From NCBI GenBank assembly GCA_963784195.1, contig CAWARA010000019.1, positions 38,088 through 102,087 on the forward strand: a stretch of 64,000 nucleotides of DNA, in the 5' to 3' direction. How positions within the stretch are numbered: the stretch's first letter is position 1; every line of letters starts with the position of its first letter. Origin of the DNA: an uncultured Acidobacteriota bacterium. GTDB taxonomy: Bacteria > Acidobacteriota > Vicinamibacteria > Vicinamibacterales > 2-12-FULL-66-21. Shown piece after piece: positions 1 through 9,799 of this stretch. A program made the position numbers and the translations under genes. Below the pieces are notes generated by a model. It worked only from the letters and a program-made list of their open reading frames with translations, had not been told where the DNA came from and ran no database searches.

Positions 1-62
1 GTGTCGGACGATACCCGAAGCAGCCCGTTCAGGAAGCGGGAAGTGACGCCAACGGGCAAATA

Positions 63-138
63 GTAGGCCCGACCTTCCGCCTTCGCATGAAGCTACGGCG
101 GACTCGCCGAAGCCTTGGCGGAGGCAGTCAGGTCGGGC
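63..138. repeat. GTAG REP-like palindrome split by a ~52 bp insertion of a second repeat
   Basis: GTAGGCCCGACCT (63-75) + insert (76-127) + TCAGGTCGGGC (128-138); the intact unit GTAGGCCCGACCTTCAGGTCGGGC is at 17125. Confidence 0.75.
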
Positions 139-620
139 GTGTGGGAATCACGAAAACCGCCAGGATCGCCGAGGCCTTCGCGGACCCGAATGGTCGTGCC
201 GCCGCCGCCGACGACCTTGTTCTTCTGCTTCAGGTTGAACTTGACGCGGTACTCGCCAGACGTCTTGAAGACCTGCTCGCGCACGAACCGCCGCTTGATC
301 TCGCTCTTACCGGCCTCGTACGGATCGCACTCGAGCTTCTGCTCGGACTTGCCGCCGTCGCCCATACCGTTGACCGAGGTGATATCCCACTCGACGGTGG
401 CGCAGTAAAACTCTTCGTAGTCGTTCTGGCCGCCTTTGACCTCGGCGGTGAGGACGACCCGCATCGGGGCGAAGCCGACGGCTGGCGACGCTCTCACTGA
501 CACGCTGGGCTTGGCGTCCGGAACCTCGTCGGTCGAGACGACCGGCGTCATTCCCATCGCCAGGATTCCCGCGCCCACGGCTGGCAGCGATCGGCGCAGC
601 AGGCTGGATGGAACTCTCAT
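93..620 (-). CDS. Secreted hypothetical protein (PKD/Ig-like beta fold possible)
   Basis: ATG at 620, signal-peptide-like N-terminus, beta-rich body (VSVRASPAVGFAPMRVVLTAEV..EFYCATVEWD); C-terminus runs into the repeat at 63-138. Confidence 0.65.
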   Translation of the reverse strand: MRVPSSLLRRSLPAVGAGILAMGMTPVVSTDEVPDAKPSVSVRASPAVGFAPMRVVLTAEVKGGQNDYEEFYCATVEWDITSVNGMGDGGKSEQKLECDPYEAGKSEIKRRFVREQVFKTSGEYRVKFNLKQKNKVVGGGGTTIRVREGLGDPGGFRDSHTPDLTASAKASASPP

Positions 621-721
621 GGCACACTCCCGGGAAGTCGCAGCAGGCAGTATTCTAGCAGGTCTGGTGCCAGCGCCCGTCCAGAAGTGACCAGCCACGA
701 ATCCAATCTATAATCGCGCGA

Positions 722-2242
722 ATGGCCTCACGTTCCGCGGGACCCGCTGTTACCTTTTCGGCCGCACAGCCTGCCGATCTCGACACGGACTTTCTCTTTA
801 TTCCGGTTTTCGACAAGGAACGTATCTCGGATGCCATTCCTGGCCTGGATGCCGCAACGGGTGGCACGGTCGGGCGGGCGCTGACGTCCGGAGAACTGCA
901 GGGACGACCGTTCGAGCTCCTCCTTACACCTTTGTCAGCGCCATGGCGCGCCGCGCGCGTCGGGTTGATCGGCGCAGGCAAGACCGCTGACTTCACTACC
1001 GATCGACTTCGCCGGCTGGCCACGGCGGCGGGGCTGGCGGCACGTCAGCGCCGCGTGGCGCGCGTGGCGTTTCTCCATCGCGGCCCGACAGACCCGGTCG
1101 AATCCGCACAGGCCATTGCCGAAGGCCTGATGCTCGCAGCATTCAGCAGCGATCGCTACAAGACGTCGGATCGCAACGGGCACGACCCGGATCAAATCAC
1201 CGTGGTCGCCGCCGGAGCAGCGAAGGAGCCGCAGCTTGCCGCCGCTGTCGAGCGCGGCCGCATCCTCGGCGAGTCATGCAACCTCGCGCGCGATCTCTGC
1301 AACGAGCCCTCGAACGTGCTCACACCCAGAGTGATGGCGGAGCGCGCCACCGAGATCGCGCGGGGAGCCGGCCTCGGCGTCGAGGTCCTGGACGAGAAGG
1401 AAATCGAACGGCTGCGGATGGGATTGCTGCTCGGCGTCGCGAAGGGCAGTGCCGAGCCGCCGCGGATGATCGTTCTGCGTCACACTCCGCCGGGCGCGCC
1501 GAAAGCTCCGATGCTCGGCCTCGTCGGCAAGGGAATCACTTTTGATACCGGAGGAATCTCCATCAAGCCTGCGGACGGCATGGAGCGGATGAAGGACGAC
1601 ATGTCCGGCGGCGCGGCGGTGATTTGCGCCATGCGCGCGATCGCACTCCTGAAAGCGCCGATCAACGTCGTCGGCATCGTGCCGACGACCGAGAACATGC
1701 CCGGCGGCCGCGCCATCAAGCCGGGAGACATTCTCACGGGCGCCAGCGGGAAGACGGTGGAGGTGATCAACACCGACGCCGAAGGACGGCTGATTCTGGG
1801 CGACGGCTTGTGGTACGCGCAGCAACTCGGTGCCACGCACCTCGTCGACGTGGCGACCCTGACCGGCGCGTGCATGGTAGCCCTCGGACGTGCGGCATCC
1901 GGCCTGTTCGGTCAGCCGGACACCTGGGTCGACGTGCTGCAGCGCCTCGGAACACGCACCGGCGATCGCGCGTGGCCGCTGCCTCTCTACGAGGAGTATT
2001 CCGACCAGTTGAAGAGTGAAATTGCTGACCTCCTCAACACGGGTGGCCGTCCGGCGGGCGCGTGCACGGCCGCCATGTTCCTGAAGGAGTTCTCCGGCGG
2101 TCTCCCCTGGGCTCACCTCGACATCGCCGGCACCGCCTGGGCGGAGGAAGCCAAACCCTGGCAGCCTAAAGGCGCCACCGGCGTCGCGGTCCGCTTGCTG
2201 GCTGAGTTGGCCTTTACGAGTCAGGAATGGACGCAAGCCTGA
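722..2242 (+). CDS. pepA: Leucyl aminopeptidase (M17)
   Basis: Motifs VGKGITFDTGG, MKDDMSG, NTDAEGRL, DVATLTGA, WAHLDIAG. Confidence 0.97.
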   Translation: MASRSAGPAVTFSAAQPADLDTDFLFIPVFDKERISDAIPGLDAATGGTVGRALTSGELQGRPFELLLTPLSAPWRAARVGLIGAGKTADFTTDRLRRLATAAGLAARQRRVARVAFLHRGPTDPVESAQAIAEGLMLAAFSSDRYKTSDRNGHDPDQITVVAAGAAKEPQLAAAVERGRILGESCNLARDLCNEPSNVLTPRVMAERATEIARGAGLGVEVLDEKEIERLRMGLLLGVAKGSAEPPRMIVLRHTPPGAPKAPMLGLVGKGITFDTGGISIKPADGMERMKDDMSGGAAVICAMRAIALLKAPINVVGIVPTTENMPGGRAIKPGDILTGASGKTVEVINTDAEGRLILGDGLWYAQQLGATHLVDVATLTGACMVALGRAASGLFGQPDTWVDVLQRLGTRTGDRAWPLPLYEEYSDQLKSEIADLLNTGGRPAGACTAAMFLKEFSGGLPWAHLDIAGTAWAEEAKPWQPKGATGVAVRLLAELAFTSQEWTQA

Positions 2243-2301
2243 AGAGGCGCGCGAGCGGGAACTTTTGCGCGTCAGGAGAGTCGAAAGGGTAGAGGACCTG
2301 C

Positions 2302-2559
2302 GTGCAGCAACCCGACCCAATCATCGTTCGCGTCGTCGAACTGCCCGCCGAGAGCACGACCGTGGCTGACGTGCTGATCGGCGCGCTGGGGCTTACCGGC
2401 GCGCTGGTGGTGGCGGCAGCCCTCCTCGGCCTGGTGCTGGGCGGAATCCTGATCGGCATCAAGCTGCTGCGCGCCCGCTACAACCTCGAGCCGATCCCCG
2501 ACTCCGAAGCCCTCAGGGTCACGCCGACGAATACGCCTCACGGGTCTACGTCGTCCTAA
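2302..2559 (+). CDS. Small single-pass membrane protein
   Basis: 85 aa ORF with one long hydrophobic segment (VLIGALGLTGALVVAAALLGLVLGGILIGI). Confidence 0.6.
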   Translation: MQQPDPIIVRVVELPAESTTVADVLIGALGLTGALVVAAALLGLVLGGILIGIKLLRARYNLEPIPDSEALRVTPTNTPHGSTSS

Positions 2560-2674
2560 GAAGCTAGCTCCCAAGTACCAACGTATCTGATTAGGGCTCC
2601 TTGCGCAGGCGCGCCTGCCCGGCGCCGGCCATGCAACAAGGAACGGTACCTGCGCAGCCACAGCGGGTCGTTGC

Positions 2675-2982
2675 TGCCGCGTGGCGTGCACGGTCCTGGC
2701 TCCGTCCGCCAACCGCCGACTCCGCACGCCGGGAACGCTCGCTGCGCTCATACCCTGCCGCGCCCGCGGCGACTAAGGGGTAGTCCCGGCGACATGTGTC
2801 AACCGCGCTCGATGCGGCGGGGGTGATCAGGACGTCACGGATCGCGCGTAATGAAGTCGCCGCAGAGGAATCGGCTCCGGTCGCGTTCCGGCGCCCGAGC
2901 GATCGCAGGGGGCGCAGCGTGTCGGCGTGCTCCGACGGCGGTCGGCGGACGGAGCCAGGCCCGTCGCGACGCGTGCGCGGCA
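2675..2982. repeat. Long imperfect inverted repeat in non-coding DNA
   Basis: 2690-2718 is the reverse complement of 2936-2964 with 2 mismatches; pairing extends outward (TGCCGCG/CGCGGCA) and inward (GCACGCCG/CGGCGTGC, CCCTGC/GCAGGG). Confidence 0.7.
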
Positions 2983-3187
2983 CTGTCCCTGTCTGAGATC
3001 CGTATCCCCAGACGATGATCTGGCGCTCGGCTGCCGGCTCGCGGAAGCCGGCCTCGGCCGGCCAAGGCCGGCACGGCGTCGGCAGCTGCACAGTCGCTCG
3101 CCTCGGAGTGGATCAGATGACACACCGTATGTCCGCGAGTACCCACGCGCGATGTGGCGCAGGGCGGGAAGCCCGATAATCACATGC

Positions 3188-3259
3188 CTCCCAACTCCCA
3201 AGTGCTCAAGTCGATCGGCTCTGAGAATTTGGGAGTTGGGAGTTGGAAATTGGGAGTTG
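3188..3259. repeat. Inverted heptamer tandem repeat (CTCCCAA / TTGGGAG)
   Basis: CTCCCAACTCCCAA at 3188 and TTGGGAGTTGGGAGTTGGAAATTGGGAG at 3229, just past the amidase stop. Confidence 0.8.
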
Positions 3260-3262
3260 CTT

Positions 3263-5113
3263 CTAAGAGTCTTCCCGAGCCGCGATTGCAGTCTTCCGCT
3301 TCAGCGATCGCTGATACCGCAGAATCGCTTCCAGCAATCCTTCGGCAATGCTCTGCCGGTAGGCCGGGGTCTTGAGCAGCTGTCCTTCCTGCTTGTGCGT
3401 GATGAATGAGATTTCGGCGAGCACGCTCGGCATGCCGGCGCCGATGAGCACCACGAACGGCGCCTGTTTCACACCCAGATCACGGACCTGACTGTTGCGG
3501 ATCGAGAGCCTGCTGATCATCGACTTCTGTACAGTCGTGGCGAAGTCGCGCGACTCGTCAATCTTGTTGTTCAGCGCAATCGCACGAACGATGTCGGGAA
3601 GGCTGTGCATCGACTTGCCGGACGCGGAGTTTTCGCGAGCGGCCACGGCTTCGGCTTCGGGGTTCGACGCGAAGTTCAGGAAGTAGGTCTCGACGCCGCG
3701 CGCGTTGAGGTTGCGGCTGGCGTTGGCGTGAATCGAGAGAAAGAGGTCCGCTGCTTCCCGGTTGGCGATCGCCGTCCGCTCTTCCAGCGGAATGTAGATG
3801 TTCTTCTCACGGGTCATCACGACTTCGACACCCGGCTGCTTCTCGAGCAGCTTCTTGAGGCGGAGCGCCACGTCGAGCGTCAGTTCGGCCTCGTTGAGCC
3901 CACTGCCTCTGGCTCCTGGATCGTGACCGCCATGGCCCGGATCGAGCACGATTCGCGACACGCCGAGGCCAAGCTGCCGCGCCAGCGAGAACTGGCCGTT
4001 CGAATTCACGGATGGAACGCCTGGCGCAGGCAGATCCGGATCCGTGACAGTCCGTGACGGAATCACGGCGTCGGACGGCGCGGACGGTGCCGCCGCAGCG
4101 ACCGCCCTGGGCTCGGGAGTCGACGGCCCGGTCGTCGACACAGCCACGGGCGAAGACGACGTCGGGAGAGGCGAGGCGGCCGGCGGCGCCACGGCAGAAG
4201 AACGTTTGAAGTCCACGATCACGCGGAAGGGTTCGTACAGCGTGAATACGCTGTATGAGTCCACCCCCTCCGTATCGAGCACCACACGAGTCGTGTTCTG
4301 GGGATGACGTCCCAGCCTGATCTCGCGAACGACGTCATCGGAGAACTTCATCGTGGCGTCGACGAGCGACGGGGCCGGGCGCGCCCCCTTGAGGTCGAAA
4401 AAGATGCGCTTCGGATTGGCGAGCTGCTCGTGGCGGAAGGTGAGCTCGCGATCCATCTCGATGCTGATTCGGATTCCGTCTTCGAGGGGGCTCCTCGTGA
4501 TGTTCCGAATGGTGACCGCCCCCGGTTCTGCCGGCTCGGCCGGAGGCGGCGTCGTCGACATGAAGGTCGTCGGCACGGGTTTCGTGACCACCGGCGCCGC
4601 GAGATTGGACTCTTCGATCGTCGCCGGCGGCGCAACGCGCGCCGATTCGTCCTTTGCGGGAGCCTCAGGCTTTGCCGTGGCTTGAGGCTTTGGCGTGACT
4701 TGCGCCTTTGCCGCGACATCGACCTTTGGCCGTTCGAGCTCGGCGACCGCGCTGCGGGCGCGTCGAACGAATGGACTGGACGGATACCCGGATGTCAGCA
4801 GCGTGAGCATGCGAATGCTCGTCTGCCTGTCCGCCGCCTTTCCGAACCGCTCGTAAGCGAGCATCGACAGATTGCCGCCCTGCCAGAGCGCGTTGTCGCA
4901 ATAGCCGCTCGCGGGATAGCGGAGCACCACACGTTCGTAGGCGGCGACCGCGCTCCGGATCTGCTGCAGGGTTGGCGATTCCGCCTCACGGACGGTTCGC
5001 TCTCTTACCTGCGCACGTTCGTACAGATCCCGGACCGGCTGCGCGGCAGCCGGAGCGCTTGCCCCGGCCAGCAGCAACCCCGACAGGATGAGGACTCTGG
5101 TTTTGATCGTCAT
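3263..5113 (-). CDS. N-acetylmuramoyl-L-alanine amidase (AMIN + Amidase_3, AmiC-like)
   Basis: IVLDPGHGGHDPGA, FLSIHANAS, GVKQAPFVVL..PSVLAEISF; signal peptide; AMIN-like LANPKRIFFDL. Confidence 0.93.
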   Translation of the reverse strand: MTIKTRVLILSGLLLAGASAPAAAQPVRDLYERAQVRERTVREAESPTLQQIRSAVAAYERVVLRYPASGYCDNALWQGGNLSMLAYERFGKAADRQTSIRMLTLLTSGYPSSPFVRRARSAVAELERPKVDVAAKAQVTPKPQATAKPEAPAKDESARVAPPATIEESNLAAPVVTKPVPTTFMSTTPPPAEPAEPGAVTIRNITRSPLEDGIRISIEMDRELTFRHEQLANPKRIFFDLKGARPAPSLVDATMKFSDDVVREIRLGRHPQNTTRVVLDTEGVDSYSVFTLYEPFRVIVDFKRSSAVAPPAASPLPTSSSPVAVSTTGPSTPEPRAVAAAAPSAPSDAVIPSRTVTDPDLPAPGVPSVNSNGQFSLARQLGLGVSRIVLDPGHGGHDPGARGSGLNEAELTLDVALRLKKLLEKQPGVEVVMTREKNIYIPLEERTAIANREAADLFLSIHANASRNLNARGVETYFLNFASNPEAEAVAARENSASGKSMHSLPDIVRAIALNNKIDESRDFATTVQKSMISRLSIRNSQVRDLGVKQAPFVVLIGAGMPSVLAEISFITHKQEGQLLKTPAYRQSIAEGLLEAILRYQRSLKRKTAIAAREDS

Positions 5114-5125
5114 GAGATCACTCGG

Positions 5126-7498
5126 TCATCGCAACTGCGCGTCCACTTCGTCGAAGTAATCCTTCTTCACGAGCACTTCCCGGGCTTTGCCGCCGGCGCC
5201 GCCGGACACGAGGCCTTCGGCCTCCATCATGTCGACGAGGCGTGCAGCGCGGCTGAACCCGATCCGCAGCCGGCGCTGCAGGTACGAGATCGAGGCCTGG
5301 CCGCTCGACACCACGATCCGCGCCGCTTCGTCGTACAGATCGTCCTTTGCGAAGTCGAGCTCGGTAGCCGACTGCTTGTCCTCTTGTGTAATCGTCTCGT
5401 CGTAGGTCGGCTTGCCCTGCTTGCGCAGGAAGCTCGCCAGTCGCGCGCTCTCCTGCTCGGAGATGTAGGGCCCGTGCAGCCGGACGAATCTCGAGGAGGC
5501 GGGCGGCAGGTAGAGCATGTCGCCCTTGCCGAGCAGCTGCTCCGCGCCGTTGCCATCGAGAATCGTGCGGGAGTCGATTTTCGACGACACGCGGAACGAG
5601 ATGCGCGCCGGGAGGTTGGCCTTGATGAGACCCGTAATGACGTCGACCGACGGCCGCTGCGTGGCGAGGATCAGATGGATGCCGACCGCGCGCGCCATCT
5701 GCGCCAGGCGTGCGATCGATTCTTCGACCTCGTTGCTCGCCACCATCATCAGGTCCGCCAGCTCGTCAATCAGCACGACGATGAAGGGGAGCGGTCTGAC
5801 TTCGTTGCCAAGATCGTCGACGAGCGACGCGTTCTTCTCGGCCTGCGCGAGCTGGATGTTCCGGTTGTACTGCTCGATGTTGCGGACGCCGACCTTCGCG
5901 AGCGTCTTGTAGCGCTCTTCCATCTCGCGGACGGCCCATCGCAACGCGTTCGCCGCCAGCTTCGGATCGACCACGACCGGCGTCAGGAGGTGAGGGATGT
6001 CCTCGTACATCCCCAGCTCGAGACGCTTCGGGTCGATCATGATCAGACGCACGTCGTCCGGTGATGCGCGAAAGAGGATGCTGGAAAGCATCGCGTTCAC
6101 GCTGACGGACTTGCCGGTGCCGGTCGAGCCGGCGATCAGCAGGTGCGGCATCGTGGCGAGATCGCTCACGAACGGTTCACCGTGGATCGTCTTGCCGAGC
6201 GCCAGCGTCAGCTTCGACTGCGAGCGCCGATACGCGTCGGACTCGAGAAGCTCGCGAAGTGAAATCTGCTCGCGGTTCGGGTTCGGAATCTGAATGCCGA
6301 CGGTGGACTTGCCGGGAATCCGGTCGATGAGCACCGACTCCGCCTGCATGGCCAGACAGAGGTCGTCAGCGAGGCCCGTGACCTTGCTGTACTTCACGCC
6401 CGCGTCCGGTTTGAATTCGTAGGTCGTGACGACCGGTCCCGGATGAATCTGGGAGACCGCACCCTCGACCGAGAACTCGCGGCACTTCTCTTCCAGCAGG
6501 CGCGCCCCTTCCATGAGCTCGCGTTCGTCGATCTTGTGCTCGCCGCGCGGTGCGTCGAGGAGCGCCAGCGGCGGGGGAGTGTAGACGCCGCGCTTGCGCT
6601 CGGCCGGCAGCTTCTCGGGCTCCGGCAAGGGCAGCGTCGGCGCGGCAGGCGTAGCCGCTGGACGCCTGATCGCTGGCGCCGGCGTCGGCTTCGACGAAGC
6701 TGCCTTGAGCGCCGCCGCGGCCGCCCCGACCATCGCCGCTGTTCGAGAAGGCTTCGCTGGAGCGACCTCCTCCTTCTCCTTCGGCTCCTCCCGCTTCGGT
6801 TCTTCGCGCGCCGCGGGACGCGTCTTGACGTCGATTACCGGCTCCTTGCCACTCTTGCCCAGGTGCTTCTTGAGGACGTCCTGACGCTCTTTCTCGCGCC
6901 GCGCCTCCTCGCGCCGGGCGCGCATGGCACCGAGCGCGGCGGCCCAGCGATCTTTCGCGAGCTGACCGAAGAACGCGAAGAAGCGGCCGAACGAGAACTG
7001 CGTCGCGAGCACCGTTGCCAGGAAGAGCAGCGTGAGAATCAGAATGATCGACCCGGTGCGATTGAGGTATTCGGCCAGCGCCCCAGCCACCCATTTCCCG
7101 ATGTATCCGCCGGCCAGGAAGTCCTTGCCGGAGACCTCGAGGCTGCCGAACGCGAGCGACAGGAAGGCCGCCACGCAGGCGAAGAGCAATCCGGCGCCGA
7201 AGACTTTCGTATAGGCGGCGTCGAGCACCCGGCACCAGAAGTAGTGCCAGCCAATCACCACCATGACGATCGGAATCAGATATGCCGCGTAACCCAGCAG
7301 CTGGAACGACAACTCGCCGATGAACGCGCCGATGCGTCCCGCAAAATTCGCCGGGGGGAGGTCTGGACCCGTATTGAAGAACCACACCGGGTCCGACGCG
7401 CTGTAACTGGCCAGCGAAATCAGCCAGATCAGCGCCATCGCGAACAGGCCGACGCCGATCACCTCGCTCAATCGACGGGAAAGCGCGGATCCGGCCAT
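5126..7498 (-). CDS. ftsK: DNA translocase FtsK
   Basis: N-terminal TM domain, PHLLIAGSTGTGKS, IDELADLMM, LATQRPSVDVITG, gamma domain LQRRLRIGFSRAARL. Confidence 0.97.
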   Translation of the reverse strand: MAGSALSRRLSEVIGVGLFAMALIWLISLASYSASDPVWFFNTGPDLPPANFAGRIGAFIGELSFQLLGYAAYLIPIVMVVIGWHYFWCRVLDAAYTKVFGAGLLFACVAAFLSLAFGSLEVSGKDFLAGGYIGKWVAGALAEYLNRTGSIILILTLLFLATVLATQFSFGRFFAFFGQLAKDRWAAALGAMRARREEARREKERQDVLKKHLGKSGKEPVIDVKTRPAAREEPKREEPKEKEEVAPAKPSRTAAMVGAAAAALKAASSKPTPAPAIRRPAATPAAPTLPLPEPEKLPAERKRGVYTPPPLALLDAPRGEHKIDERELMEGARLLEEKCREFSVEGAVSQIHPGPVVTTYEFKPDAGVKYSKVTGLADDLCLAMQAESVLIDRIPGKSTVGIQIPNPNREQISLRELLESDAYRRSQSKLTLALGKTIHGEPFVSDLATMPHLLIAGSTGTGKSVSVNAMLSSILFRASPDDVRLIMIDPKRLELGMYEDIPHLLTPVVVDPKLAANALRWAVREMEERYKTLAKVGVRNIEQYNRNIQLAQAEKNASLVDDLGNEVRPLPFIVVLIDELADLMMVASNEVEESIARLAQMARAVGIHLILATQRPSVDVITGLIKANLPARISFRVSSKIDSRTILDGNGAEQLLGKGDMLYLPPASSRFVRLHGPYISEQESARLASFLRKQGKPTYDETITQEDKQSATELDFAKDDLYDEAARIVVSSGQASISYLQRRLRIGFSRAARLVDMMEAEGLVSGGAGGKAREVLVKKDYFDEVDAQLR

Positions 7499-9156
7499 CA
7501 GATCTCCATGATCACCGGCAGCACCAGCGGCCGGAGCCCCGAGCGTTTGCGGAAGAACCTCTGCAGATCCACGCGAATCTTCTCCTTGATGAGCCCAGGG
7601 TCGGTGCGTTCTTCCACGCTGGCCCCTTCGATGGTCGCCGCCAGCAGCGACGGAATCTCCTTCAGCAGCGCCTCGGTCCTTGCGTCCAGCACGAACCCGC
7701 GCGTGATAACGTCAGGCGTCTCCTCGAGCGCTCCCGACTGCCGTCCGATGGCGACGACGGGGACGACCAGACCGTCACCGGACAGGTGCCGCCGATCCCG
7801 GAGCACCTCGTCGCCGACCTCACCACTGCGGGTGCCGTCGATCAGAATGCGGCCGGCGGGTACCTTGTCGGTGATCCGGCCCCCCTCGCCGTCAAAACTG
7901 ATGAGATCCCCGTTTTCGGCCAGCAGCACCTTCGTTCCCCGCGAGACGGTGGCCGCCACGCGGGCATGCCGCGACAGCTGACGGTACTCCCCGTGTATCG
8001 GCACGAAGTAGCGCGGTCTGACCAGGGAGAGCATCAGTTTCAGCTCTTCCTGGCTTCCATGGCCGGAAACATGGACGTGCTTGATGCCTTCGTGGACCAC
8101 CTCAGCGCCGCGCCGGGCGATGTGGTTCATCACGCGGCCGATAGTCTTCTCGTTACCTGGAATCTCCCGGGCCGAGAAGACCACCACGTCGTCCGGCTGA
8201 AGATTCACGTGCCGGTGGTCGTCGATGGCAATCCTGGGCAGGGCAGCCTGCGGCTCACCCTGCGATCCGGTGCAGATGCAGACCACGTCCTGGGCCGGAA
8301 AACTCCGGACGTCGGAATCGCGAATCTGCACGCCAGCCGGCATCCTCAGATACCCCAGCCGTTGGGCGATCTCCGAGTTCTCCATCACGCCCCGCCCGAC
8401 GAACGCGACACGCCGATCGAACTGAGCCGCCAGGTCCACCACGATCTGCATCCTGTAGATGCTCGAGGCGAACATGGCCACGACGATCTTTCCGGCCGCG
8501 CTCGTGAAGATCTCCTCGAACGCGTCGGTCACCTCGATTTCCGACCCCGTGAATCCGCGCCGCTCGACGTTGGTGCTGTCGGCAAACAAGGCGAGGACAC
8601 CGGCTTCGCCCAGCTGCGCGAGGCGGTGAAAATCGACGTGCTCGCCGTCGAGGGGCGTCTGATCGATCTTGAAATCGCCCGTATGCACGATCACGCCATG
8701 CGGCGTTTCTATCGCCAGCGCGACGCAATCGGGCATGCTGTGCGTAACGCGCAGGAACTCGATTGTGAACACGCCCACGGTTACACGCTCGCGCGGCCGG
8801 ACGCGCACCAGCCGGCTCTTCAGGTCCTCGCCGGGCTCCGCAGTCTTGAACTCGTCGCGGCGGCCTTCGAGCTTCGATTCGACGAACTCGAGCGTCAGCG
8901 GCGTGCCGTACACGGGCCCCTGCACGTAGGGAAGCACGTGCGGCACTGCGCCGATGTGGTCCTCGTGCCCGTGTGTCAACACGAGGGCCGCGATCCGGAA
9001 CTGCTGAAGCAGGCGAAGATCCGGGATGATCAGATCTACGCCCAGCAGCTCGGGCTCGGGGAACATCACCCCCGCATCGACCAGGATGGCCGTCTCGCCG
9101 CAGGCGATGACCATCATGTTCATGCCGAACTCGCCAAGACCCCCCAGCGGGATCAC
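7498..9156 (-). CDS. rnj: Ribonuclease J
   Basis: IPLGGLGEFGMN, THGHEDHIG, HTGDFK, TGSQGEP, HVSGH, PIHGEYR; exact start uncertain. Confidence 0.95.
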   Translation of the reverse strand: MIPLGGLGEFGMNMMVIACGETAILVDAGVMFPEPELLGVDLIIPDLRLLQQFRIAALVLTHGHEDHIGAVPHVLPYVQGPVYGTPLTLEFVESKLEGRRDEFKTAEPGEDLKSRLVRVRPRERVTVGVFTIEFLRVTHSMPDCVALAIETPHGVIVHTGDFKIDQTPLDGEHVDFHRLAQLGEAGVLALFADSTNVERRGFTGSEIEVTDAFEEIFTSAAGKIVVAMFASSIYRMQIVVDLAAQFDRRVAFVGRGVMENSEIAQRLGYLRMPAGVQIRDSDVRSFPAQDVVCICTGSQGEPQAALPRIAIDDHRHVNLQPDDVVVFSAREIPGNEKTIGRVMNHIARRGAEVVHEGIKHVHVSGHGSQEELKLMLSLVRPRYFVPIHGEYRQLSRHARVAATVSRGTKVLLAENGDLISFDGEGGRITDKVPAGRILIDGTRSGEVGDEVLRDRRHLSGDGLVVPVVAIGRQSGALEETPDVITRGFVLDARTEALLKEIPSLLAATIEGASVEERTDPGLIKEKIRVDLQRFFRKRSGLRPLVLPVIMEI

Positions 9157-9240
9157 CTGGAGAGGCGGATCGCTCGGCTGTCGGCGATCGTCAGTCGTGG
9201 GTCCCAGTCGCCAGTCCTCTGTTGGTAGTTGTTAGTTGGC

Positions 9241-9377
9241 GCGAGCTCGGTCTCAGAACACGAGGCGACGGAGAACCGCCGGGGAGGCGGGACCGGAACC
9301 GGTGCGGGAGGGCCGCACGGAGCGTGTTCACCGGACATGGCCGCTGGGACGGCAGGTCCGGGACCTCAAAAACTCGC
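9241..9377 (-). ncRNA. Candidate structured 5' leader of the rnj-ftsK-amidase operon
   Basis: Extended -10 TGCTATAGT at 9381-9389 (minus), then nested stems GCGAGTT/AGCTCGC, CCGGAC/GTCCGG, GAACACG/CGTGTTC, GTGCGG/CCGCAC, CCGCC/GGCGG. Confidence 0.45.
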
Positions 9378-9455
9378 GAAACTATAGCACAGCTTCCGTT
9401 TACGACGAAGTCGGGGACGAAGTTGGGGACGGAGTTCAGGGGACGGAGTTCAGGG

Positions 9456-9753
9456 GACGGAGGTGACGGAGAGAACGGAACGAGCTTCAACTCAGAGAAA
9501 CGGAGCAACGGAGGTTCGTTGCCGGTCGCCACACTGCAGCCGATGCCGGCCCGGCCATGGGCCGGGCCGTGCGATCGACTGACACCCGAGAACACAAGCC
9601 ACGTGTTCAGAGTAGGGTGGCTTGTGTTCTCGGGTGTCAGTCGATCGCTCGCCGCGCAAGCGCGGCGGCATCGGCGCACGTGGCTTGCAGCCTCCGTTTC
9701 TCTGCGTCTCTGAGTTGAAGCTCGTTCCGTTCCCTCCATCCCCTCCCTCCGTC
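9456..9753. mobile_element. Nested palindromic (MITE-like) element, copy 1
   Basis: Terminal IRs GACGGAG..GAACGGAACGAGCTTCAACTC; internal four-way junction; homologous to 11978-12290 and 39182-39584. Confidence 0.8.
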
Positions 9754-9799
9754 AGCGCTGCTCCAACGCCCCCGTCACGTATTTGGCGCGGTCGGAGAA

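Noticed and set aside
4304-9228. Long + strand ORFs (4304-6064, 6443-7981, 7786-9228) and similar antisense ORFs opposite ftsH, clpB and the histidine kinase
   Set aside because: These are shadow ORFs of well-identified genes in high-GC DNA, with no recognisable motifs.
9340-9365. CAGGTCCGG as part of SRP RNA
   Set aside because: It lacks the following AAGGAAGCAGC motif and the SRP helix.
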